Shown: in pieces, positions 18,822-26,809 of the stretch | How the letters are laid out: each line of letters opens with the position of its first letter | How positions within the stretch are numbered: position 1 is the stretch's first letter | Assembly: GCA_030426105.1 (NCBI GenBank) | Contig: JAUHZI010000002.1 | Coordinates: 67,651-131,650, forward strand | Length of the DNA: 64,000 bases | DNA from: Bacteroidia bacterium | GTDB lineage: Bacteria; Bacteroidota; Bacteroidia; Flavobacteriales_D; Parvicellaceae | Reading direction: 5' to 3' | The notes under the pieces: model-generated | What the model was told of the DNA's origin: nothing | The model's database searches: none | What the model saw: the letters and a program-made list of their open reading frames with translations, nothing else | Position numbers and translations under genes: made by a program

Positions 18822-18890
18822 GCTAAAATCTATTTTTTCAATGGACGTTGTAAACCAACTATCAAACATAATTATTTTTTCTTTATCTAA

Positions 18891-19841
18891 TTAAAAGACT
18901 TCACTTGCTATTGCTTTAACAGCTTCTCCTCGTCCCATAGTATAAAAGTGTAAAACAGGAACATTATTTTTTACTAATTCTTGTGCCTGTTGTATTCCCC
19001 ATTCTATCCCCACTTGCTTAACCTGTTCGTTGGTTGTACACTTATCTAGCTCGTTGGATAGTTCTATAGGTAAATCGACATTAAAAAATTTAGGAAGAAA
19101 AGAAATGTGCCTCATATTTGTAATTGGCTTTAGTCCCGGAATAATAGGGACATTAATCCCTATATTTCTACATTTTTCAACAAAATCAAAGTATTTCTGA
19201 TTGTCAAAAAACAGTTGAGTAACAATAAACTCTGCTCCAGCATCAACTTTTTCTTTTAGGTGTTTTAAGTCGGATGTTAGGTTCATTGCTTCAAAGTGCT
19301 TCTCAGGATAACCAGCAGCTCCAATACAGAAGTCTGTAGGCGTATTCTGGTTTAAACCATCTAGATAATTCCCATTGTTAAGGTTGTTAATCTGTTCAAT
19401 TAATTCTACAGCATATCTATGTCCTCCTTTTTCAGGGTGAAAAGAAGCTTCCGTTTTTATGGGGTCTCCTCTAAGGGCCAATACATTATCTACACCTAAG
19501 AATTGTAAATCAATCAATGCATTTTCTGTTTCTTCTACATTAAACCCGCCGCAAATAAGATGTGGAACAGCATCAACTTTATATTTATGCATCAGAGCAG
19601 CACATATACCAACAGTTCCTGGTCGTTTTCTAATGGATATTTTCTTTAAAAGTCCCCCTCCCATGTCTTTGTATGAATATTCCTCTCTATGGTATGTAAC
19701 GTTGATAAAAGGAGGGTTGAAATCCATTAAAGGATCAATACCTTCGTATAAAGATTCAATTCCTTTTCCTTTTAATGGAGGGATTATCTCAAAAGAAAAT
19801 AAGGTTTTATCTGAGTTTTCTATGTGTTTTGTAATTTTCAT
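18891..19841 (-). CDS. metF: methylenetetrahydrofolate reductase
   Basis: Motifs FSFEIIPP, VTYHREE, HLICGG and AGYPEKH. Start set to MKITKHIENS. Confidence 0.9.
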   Translation of the reverse strand: MKITKHIENSDKTLFSFEIIPPLKGKGIESLYEGIDPLMDFNPPFINVTYHREEYSYKDMGGGLLKKISIRKRPGTVGICAALMHKYKVDAVPHLICGGFNVEETENALIDLQFLGVDNVLALRGDPIKTEASFHPEKGGHRYAVELIEQINNLNNGNYLDGLNQNTPTDFCIGAAGYPEKHFEAMNLTSDLKHLKEKVDAGAEFIVTQLFFDNQKYFDFVEKCRNIGINVPIIPGLKPITNMRHISFLPKFFNVDLPIELSNELDKCTTNEQVKQVGIEWGIQQAQELVKNNVPVLHFYTMGRGEAVKAIASEVF

Positions 19842-19991
19842 ATTTGATATTGAACGAACAAATATACTTTCCATAATTAACTCTTCCAAGCTGATAGCTA
19901 GTTCATTTTATATTTCGTGATTGTAATCTAAAGGATAAAGGAGTTCTTAAAATCAAGTATAATAATATTTGTTTTATCGGTCATATAACAC

Positions 19992-19999
19992 TACTTTTG
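19992..19999 (+). promoter_or_regulatory. candidate -7 box (TACTTTTG)
   Basis: Exact TAnnTTTG match 14 nt upstream of the ATG at 20013. Confidence 0.4.
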
Positions 20000-20012
20000 G
20001 GGACTTTTCAAA

Positions 20013-20729
20013 ATGAAGGAAGCCTTAAAAAATATTCTTAAAAAATTACCAATTAATGTGACTCGTAATCAAAAATATGATGCGTTGACACTCAAGATAA
20101 TGGAAATTGTTTTAGAAGAAAACTCCTCGTTTGTTGATGTAGGCTGCCATAAAGGAGAATTGTTAGAAGAGGCATTAAGATTGGCACCTAAAGGAGCGCA
20201 TTATGCTTTTGAACCAATTCCAGAATTGTATCAAGAATTGGTTGATTCCCATGGAAAGATAGCTCAAATAAAAAATGTAGCATTGGGCGATCAAAGAGGA
20301 ACTTCTACATTTAATTTTGTAAAATCTAATCCTGCATACAGTGGAATAAAAAAACGTGCCTATCCCAAAAAAGAAACCATCGAGGAAATTGAGGTGAAAT
20401 TAGACACGATGGATAATCAATTGAGGTTAGCAGAAAGAATAAATCTAATAAAAATAGATGTTGAAGGGGGTGAAATGGGGGTACTTAAAGGAGCTGTGAA
20501 TATTTTGAAAAAATGGAGCCCTGTTGTAATATTTGAGCATGGAATAGGAGCTTCTGATTATTATGGTACTACACCAGAAGAAATGTGGGAGTTTTTGAAT
20601 GAAAATGATTATTGTATTTATAGTTTAAGAGGTTTTGTAGCCAATAAAACTAACCTGACAATTGAGCAATTTATCAATCTTTTTGAAACAAATAAGGAGT
20701 ACTATTTCATTGCAAAAGCAAAGGTTTAG
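20013..20729 (+). CDS. FkbM-family SAM-dependent methyltransferase
   Basis: VDVGCHKGE (SAM-binding glycine-rich region) and KIDVEGGEMGVLKG (FkbM/Methyltransf_21 signature). Confidence 0.8.
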   Translation: MKEALKNILKKLPINVTRNQKYDALTLKIMEIVLEENSSFVDVGCHKGELLEEALRLAPKGAHYAFEPIPELYQELVDSHGKIAQIKNVALGDQRGTSTFNFVKSNPAYSGIKKRAYPKKETIEEIEVKLDTMDNQLRLAERINLIKIDVEGGEMGVLKGAVNILKKWSPVVIFEHGIGASDYYGTTPEEMWEFLNENDYCIYSLRGFVANKTNLTIEQFINLFETNKEYYFIAKAKV

Positions 20730-21997
20730 CCTATCCAATTTCCTTTTAGAAAGGATTGAAATAAATATACTTGCACCCCGCTATTAACCAAATATACTAA
20801 GAAGTATACGAGTTTTGTTTTGAATAATTTTGGAACAAACTGAAGTCCCAAAAACCCAATGATTAAGGGGATAAATAATAGTGTTTTTAAATAACTTAGT
20901 TCAGCTACTGCCTTGTAGGGAAAACCAATTAGAACTACTGATAAAGCAAGAGAAATGATTCCCCATTTATATGCTGTAATATTAGTTTTTTGATAAAAGA
21001 TATAGAATAAATAAAAGACAAAAGGAGCGCAAAAAACATAACGATTTAAACTTAAAATTGAAGTTAGTCCTGTCGTTTCTTCTTTTGGATGGAAAAACAG
21101 AATGTAGATGAAAACCATGGAAAAGTAAGAAACAGATAGCAATAAATTTTTATGCTCAGTTACAACGAATTTGTTTTTCAATGCTTTTAAAAAGTATTTT
21201 AAGGAAAGTATAAACGAAAGAATAACAACCCAAAGACCTAGGAAATCTAGCCAAAGGATTCTGTAACCCCTCCAGGTTGTTAGTGGAAGACTAGGTATGC
21301 TAAAGTTATGACTCCAATTTTGGATTTGGGAGTCAGAATAAGCAAAAAAGTTACCACTATTATAACCAACTATGTAGAAAGAAATTAATGTGCCAATTAC
21401 AATTGCTGTAACATACAAGATGCTTTTTTTTACTTTAAACGGCATTTTATCATTAGCTAATACCTCTGAAAAAATAACAGCAGGTAAAAAAAAGAAAATT
21501 GTAGGCCTAGCAAGTGAAGCAACTAGTAATGCTATTATTTTTATAGAGTCTTTTGAAACAGAGTTTCCATAGAGGTAAAGTGAAGCTGATAGAAAAAAGA
21601 TTGCTTCAGAATAAGGAACATACATGAAAAATAAGCTAGGAAAGCTTAGCGATAGAAGTACGACTATTGGTTTTAGTTGCTTAACACTTTTAAAAACTAG
21701 AAAAATGCCTATCAGAAATAAAATCAAGTTGAGTATAGAAATTCCTATGTTAGAAAGTTTGGTAAACTTCCATATCAATGGGAACAACGGAAAAAAACCA
21801 GTATTACTTTGTTCATTTTCATTGAATAGGTAACCTTGTTCAACAATGCTTTGATACCACCCTGAATCCCACTGTACAAGGTTGTTTTCTTGCGGTATAA
21901 TATGAATCAATCCAAAAATATAAAGCAAACAGTATAATAGAGCTAAGAGAAAAAGATGACCAATGAAGTAATATAGAAGCTTAATATTGGTTGTCAT
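20726..21997 (-). CDS. polytopic membrane glycosyltransferase, PIG-V/GT-C-like (mannosyltransferase family)
   Basis: 423 aa with more than 10 hydrophobic segments. The first loop carries WDSGWYQSIVEQGY...GFFPLFPL, matching the PIG-V-type pattern WD-x-x-[HW]-[FY]-x-x-I-[AV]-E-x-GY...FFP-x-[FY]-P. Confidence 0.7.
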   Translation of the reverse strand: MTTNIKLLYYFIGHLFLLALLYCLLYIFGLIHIIPQENNLVQWDSGWYQSIVEQGYLFNENEQSNTGFFPLFPLIWKFTKLSNIGISILNLILFLIGIFLVFKSVKQLKPIVVLLSLSFPSLFFMYVPYSEAIFFLSASLYLYGNSVSKDSIKIIALLVASLARPTIFFFLPAVIFSEVLANDKMPFKVKKSILYVTAIVIGTLISFYIVGYNSGNFFAYSDSQIQNWSHNFSIPSLPLTTWRGYRILWLDFLGLWVVILSFILSLKYFLKALKNKFVVTEHKNLLLSVSYFSMVFIYILFFHPKEETTGLTSILSLNRYVFCAPFVFYLFYIFYQKTNITAYKWGIISLALSVVLIGFPYKAVAELSYLKTLLFIPLIIGFLGLQFVPKLFKTKLVYFLVYLVNSGVQVYLFQSFLKGNWIG

Positions 21998-23462
21998 ATA
22001 TTATTTTATACTGATTTATTGTTTTGTTTTCATCCGTTACTCTTATGAAGTAGATCCCTTTTCTAGTTTCGTTAGGAAACTGATAAACCATATTGGTATT
22101 CATTGCTTTATTAAGTACTATATTACCAAGCAAATCATAGATTTCCACATGGATACTCTTGTCAGATTTAGCTTGAATTTGAAATGACTGTTGTATAGGG
22201 TTAGGAAAAATGGAATAGACTTCTTCTGCTTGTGTTGATTTTTCTATATCAGCAAAACAAACTAAAGGAATGTCTTTATAAGAAACATTGGTATTGATTT
22301 GACTACTGATATCATTCGTTGACATATTTAAAATGTAAAAGTCACTATAACCATGAGTATTTGAGTTTGCTTCCCCACATACATAGAATAAAGTATCATT
22401 TACTTTTATCATGCCTACAGGAAAATCATCTTGTCCTCCATCGTATATATAGCCATTAAGCCAATCACCGCTTGAGTTTGTTTTCATTACCATTGTCGAT
22501 TTTGCTCCAACTGTTGGTCCAAATGATTCAGTGGTTGCAACGACTATGATATCTCCATTTTGTCGTTCAAATAGATCGATTCCATTTTCATTTAGAGTGT
22601 TTGCACTGGATTGCACCTGATGTAGGTTTGACCATAAAAAAGTTCCCATTCCATCAGTTTTAAATAAAAAGGTGTCTTCATCATCTGAAGTGTAACTAGA
22701 TGTTGTCCCAAAGCCTAAGATTCCTCCATCTTGAGATTTAATAATGCTGTTACAAAAATCATCATTAACTCCTCCTATGGTTTTGGACCATAGTGTATCC
22801 CCTGTATTACTATTTATGCTCAATAAATAAACCTCTTTTCCCATTCCATCTATTTGGGAAAATCCAGTAGCAATGTATGTAGAGTCATTATATGCAATAA
22901 CTTTGTTCAATTGCTGATCATTAGGGGCATTTAATGATCTCGTCCAAATTGTATCTAAATTATGGTCAGTTTTAAAAATAAAAGCATCATAGTCTAACCC
23001 GTTGTGGGTCTTTCCCACACCTATAATGTTGTTTTGTGCTATAGAGATATCATGACAAAAATTCCATTCATCCATTCCTATTACTTTTTGAGTAGTAATA
23101 TTTAGCTGTGTATCTAACTTAGCTAACAAAATGTCATAATCACTATTTTGATCTGTGTATCCTCCTACAAAAATATAGTTTTCGCTTTTGGTCGCAATTG
23201 ACTCAATGATTTCAATATGTTGATCATTTCCAATTAACACACGTTTGTACAGGGAGTCTCCTTTATACTTTATAATGACTCCATCATTCGATTCACACTC
23301 GTTGGTATTACCAGCTAAGTATAAAAAACCATTAAGAGTATCGATACCTGCAGTAATCTCGGTGCTTTTATTTCCAATTATAGTATAGTCAGCAACTGAA
23401 GTTTGAGCTACTCCAAATATAAAGGTAAAAATGGTTAATATGAGTGATACAATTTTTTTCAT
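21981..23462 (-). CDS. T9SS-secreted repeat (beta-propeller-like) protein
   Basis: Signal peptide present. Repeated G-x-x-x-D / DG...I blade-like units. C-terminal sorting domain IFPNPIQQSFQIQ...GIYFIRV...YKIIY. Confidence 0.75.
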   Translation of the reverse strand: MKKIVSLILTIFTFIFGVAQTSVADYTIIGNKSTEITAGIDTLNGFLYLAGNTNECESNDGVIIKYKGDSLYKRVLIGNDQHIEIIESIATKSENYIFVGGYTDQNSDYDILLAKLDTQLNITTQKVIGMDEWNFCHDISIAQNNIIGVGKTHNGLDYDAFIFKTDHNLDTIWTRSLNAPNDQQLNKVIAYNDSTYIATGFSQIDGMGKEVYLLSINSNTGDTLWSKTIGGVNDDFCNSIIKSQDGGILGFGTTSSYTSDDEDTFLFKTDGMGTFLWSNLHQVQSSANTLNENGIDLFERQNGDIIVVATTESFGPTVGAKSTMVMKTNSSGDWLNGYIYDGGQDDFPVGMIKVNDTLFYVCGEANSNTHGYSDFYILNMSTNDISSQINTNVSYKDIPLVCFADIEKSTQAEEVYSIFPNPIQQSFQIQAKSDKSIHVEIYDLLGNIVLNKAMNTNMVYQFPNETRKGIYFIRVTDENKTINQYKIIYDNQY

Positions 23463-24688
23463 AGTTGATATGCTATTGATATGCCAAGTGATTTCCCATA
23501 GGCATTATCTGAGAAGAAACCTAACATATTACCAGAGTTAATACCTAACCTAACCTTATCTAATGCTAATTGCGTTGAAAGTCCCCACTGAAAATTAGTG
23601 TATCCTCCATGACTTATATACGTTGAAGCATTAAACTTTTCATTGAACTTAAAATTTCCTCCAGCATATAGAAAGGCTTTATATGCACTTTGAATCTTAT
23701 ATCGGAAACCATAAATAACTTCAATACGTTTTTGATAAGTAGGAACTTGGTAGAAATAAATTTCAAAAGGTAATAAAGATGTTGTGTTAGAAACCTCTGT
23801 CTGTAGTCCTATAGAATCTTGTAGGGCTGAAGGAGATAACAGGTCAGTACTAATATTTGAAAGGTTACTAACTTCTATTCCGCTGTATTTATATGTAGCC
23901 TTTGTTGCCAATTGATAGGTGTTGTTTTGGATTAAAACTCCAAGATTTCTAACTCCAATAATGATTCTAGGGTTATTGATTCCTTCTTTAAACTGAAAAA
24001 CAGTTTCAAGATCAACGCCAATCCCTATAGCATTATTTGAAAAGAAAGTAGTAGTTCGATTGGTATCCACAGCAAAATAATTTCCCTCAACATCAATAGA
24101 AAGTTCTCCGCCAGTTGAATCAGTATAAAACAACCCTTTTGCTATTTCTGCTCCAGCGTTATTGTTAAAAGAAGAAAGCGTTAATCCTATTTTTAGTTGG
24201 TTCTTTTTGTTTAAACCAAAAGAAAATGAATTCATATCCCTTAAGTAATAAGCAGAAGGAGATAAAACAGCAGTGTCTCCCATCAAACTTTTATTCCCAA
24301 AGAATAAGAGCTGGTATACATCTTTAGTAAATTGAGTTCCCAAATTGTAGTTATATGAGAGTCCAGTGTAAAAGCCCCAATCTTTGATAATGTGATTTTT
24401 GGGATTAGAGTATAGTAAAGTTGTATTGAATTCTCCTCCAATATGGTTAATTCTTTTTGTTTTTTCTAAGCTTTTATTTTTCTCATCATCATTAATAAAA
24501 CCACCATTGATAAACTTATTGATTGTTCCATTATTAAAAATAGAGGAACTGTAGTAGCCTTCAGATTCTACCCCAAAGAAAGTAGTGTTACTATCTAACG
24601 GAATTGTTTTAGTAACGCTGTTGCCTAATTGTTGTCCAACAGAAAAACAATAAACAAAGAGTAAAAGTATGGTGTAAATTAATTTCAT
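23459..24688 (-). CDS. predicted outer-membrane beta-barrel protein, unknown function
   Basis: 409 aa with a signal peptide. It has alternating beta-strand character throughout and a Gly/aromatic-rich C-terminus (...GKSLGISIAYQL). It overlaps the downstream gene by 4 nt. Confidence 0.65.
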   Translation of the reverse strand: MKLIYTILLLFVYCFSVGQQLGNSVTKTIPLDSNTTFFGVESEGYYSSSIFNNGTINKFINGGFINDDEKNKSLEKTKRINHIGGEFNTTLLYSNPKNHIIKDWGFYTGLSYNYNLGTQFTKDVYQLLFFGNKSLMGDTAVLSPSAYYLRDMNSFSFGLNKKNQLKIGLTLSSFNNNAGAEIAKGLFYTDSTGGELSIDVEGNYFAVDTNRTTTFFSNNAIGIGVDLETVFQFKEGINNPRIIIGVRNLGVLIQNNTYQLATKATYKYSGIEVSNLSNISTDLLSPSALQDSIGLQTEVSNTTSLLPFEIYFYQVPTYQKRIEVIYGFRYKIQSAYKAFLYAGGNFKFNEKFNASTYISHGGYTNFQWGLSTQLALDKVRLGINSGNMLGFFSDNAYGKSLGISIAYQL

Positions 24689-26257
24689 CTATTGAATTTT
24701 GTTCTGGTAAGTAAAATCAGCGATAGATTTAAATTGTATAGAATAGTAATCGTAAATATTGAGTGTGCTATATCCGCTAGGACTATCGAAAGTGATTTTT
24801 ATTATGAGTTGATTGTCATTGTTTAACTCTTGAATCGCTGCCTCACTGAATATTACCTCGCAGTTTGAAGTCGTAGATTGTTCAACAATACCTTGATTAT
24901 CTACAACACCAGAGTTAATAACATTGTTTGCAAATAATTCTACGGTATTAGCTTTGTTTATAAGGGATAATTCAGCTTGAAGAGGAAAGCCATTCTCTAT
25001 TTCAAAAAGCATTTTTCCTTTAATAATTTGGGCAATGTTTTCAGCGTTGACAGTAATGGTATCCACTAATACAAGTTCATTAGCAATAAAAGATAGAGGC
25101 ATATCTATTCCCATGTTAATTTCAAAAGGAGCATCAGTATTAATAAAGTCATGGTGACCCGAAACATTTCCTAAAGGGTTTAACTCTAAATCCAAACTAT
25201 ATAAAATAGAGTCTGGTAGGTTTTCTATCCATTGTTCTATATTAGAATTATTAGAATTTAAGTTTGTTGAAAATAAGAAAGGAGTAATGTCTGTTCCACT
25301 TTTCTGAGCCCTATTCAAGTGGTTCTCACTTCCAATTATTGGATGGGTAAGTGGAATAGCACTCGTTGAGCTAATTGATTGTAAGTTGTTAATAGAGAAT
25401 TTAGCATCAGCCCCGATTCCATTGATGATATCTAAATCAATGTTTACTTGATTGATGTCAATACTTCCTCCAATTATACTTTGGAGTTGTTTCAGTTCAT
25501 TTTTGTTATTTGCTATTGAGGTTACTTGATTTCCAAAATAACCTTCAGCATACTCTACTTGAAGATTAGAAATCGTATTGATGATCGTTACAGAATCTTG
25601 ATTCGTAATGGTCAAGTTGCTAGGGTGATTCTCAGAAAGTTTAATTTGAATCAAAGTACTCAGAGTGTTGTAACTATTTTGATTTGTTCCTGTTAAATCA
25701 ATAGTATATCCAGCTAAACTAAAACTTCCAGTCAGGTTAGAGAAGTTGCTGTTTGCTGCAGGAACAGTTAATGTTTTGACAAAACTGTCGCCAGAACTAT
25801 TTATGGCATTGGCTATGGTATAATCATAAACAACATCACCAGGGATGTTACTTCTAATTGAATAGTGTACAGTTCCTTCTTTTATTTTTACTTGTGTTAG
25901 TTCAACATCATTTACGCTTAAGGAAACATCCTCTGGTTGTGAAACAAATATTTGACCTGGAGCGCAATTAATCCCAGCAGAGAATGGTATTGTATAATGA
26001 TTTTCCATTGTGGTGTCTGGTATTTTTACTAGAGAATCAAAGTTTAAACGATAGATGTTTGTAGAAAAATTAAGTTGAACAGAATGATCAGGATTACTTT
26101 GTGTAATAGAGTCTGATAATAAATCATTAATGCTAAGGTTACCATAGTAAAGAGGAGCTATAGCATCAATATTCCAGCTCAATGGAGCTCTTTCTTTTTT
26201 ACAAGATATCAGAGAGATTAAAAAAAAGATGAGCGATATTTTTGTTAAAAATTTCAT
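24689..26257 (-). CDS. large lipoprotein, unknown function
   Basis: 522 aa with lipobox LISLISC and an Asn/Ser/Thr-rich beta-type sequence. Its stop directly abuts the next gene's start (24688/24689). Confidence 0.7.
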   Translation of the reverse strand: MKFLTKISLIFFLISLISCKKERAPLSWNIDAIAPLYYGNLSINDLLSDSITQSNPDHSVQLNFSTNIYRLNFDSLVKIPDTTMENHYTIPFSAGINCAPGQIFVSQPEDVSLSVNDVELTQVKIKEGTVHYSIRSNIPGDVVYDYTIANAINSSGDSFVKTLTVPAANSNFSNLTGSFSLAGYTIDLTGTNQNSYNTLSTLIQIKLSENHPSNLTITNQDSVTIINTISNLQVEYAEGYFGNQVTSIANNKNELKQLQSIIGGSIDINQVNIDLDIINGIGADAKFSINNLQSISSTSAIPLTHPIIGSENHLNRAQKSGTDITPFLFSTNLNSNNSNIEQWIENLPDSILYSLDLELNPLGNVSGHHDFINTDAPFEINMGIDMPLSFIANELVLVDTITVNAENIAQIIKGKMLFEIENGFPLQAELSLINKANTVELFANNVINSGVVDNQGIVEQSTTSNCEVIFSEAAIQELNNDNQLIIKITFDSPSGYSTLNIYDYYSIQFKSIADFTYQNKIQ

Positions 26258-26317
26258 AACTAGAAACCAAATGTACTTAAATCATTTAAATTTGGGATAA
26301 ATATTTTGTGTCTCACA

Positions 26318-26755
26318 ATGAAAAAGAATAGCATATTAAGGTTTGTAATGGGAACTGTTTTTGGAACAGGGGCTATGCTGTTGTTATTCTATGTGTGGCA
26401 TGGTATGGTTTTAAATGATTTAAGTTCTTTACAATATGACCCCAATATTTTTGTAGGGTTGCTTTTTGTATTGTATTTATCTATCGCTTTAGCATTATCA
26501 TTTGTAATTGGTGTATATAATCCAGAAAACTACCGATTATTCAAGCATTTAAGTATTGGTGTCTTTATGGGGTTTCTAATCTATTTAATTGCTTTTGTAC
26601 TAGGAGTTTCTTTTAATGGTGGTGGATTAAAACACATTGTTTTGGACTTCTCTTGGCAAATGGTAGAGCAAATGTTGGGCAGTGGTGTTATATCGATTTA
26701 TTATTTGGTTTCGTATAGATTAGAAAAGGTCAGAGAGGTAAAATCTTTTGAATAG
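26318..26755 (+). CDS. small integral membrane protein
   Basis: 4 hydrophobic segments. The ATG at 26318 is preferred over the TTG at 26306. Confidence 0.6.
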   Translation: MKKNSILRFVMGTVFGTGAMLLLFYVWHGMVLNDLSSLQYDPNIFVGLLFVLYLSIALALSFVIGVYNPENYRLFKHLSIGVFMGFLIYLIAFVLGVSFNGGGLKHIVLDFSWQMVEQMLGSGVISIYYLVSYRLEKVREVKSFE

Positions 26756-26809
26756 TCTATTTTTTTAGTTGTTAAAAAATTGTAAATTGGCTTTTTAAAA
26801 TGATTTAGA

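Noticed and set aside
16632-18869. ParA-like cluster as a remnant of a conjugative transposon or plasmid partition locus
   Set aside because: I saw no integrase, relaxase, tra/mob genes, tRNA target, flanking direct repeats or compositional shift. The flanks are housekeeping genes. It is kept as a finding for its unusual partners, not as a mobile element.
19459-19920. 153-aa plus-strand ORF inside metF
   Set aside because: It is antisense to a gene with unambiguous MTHFR motifs, so it is a shadow ORF.
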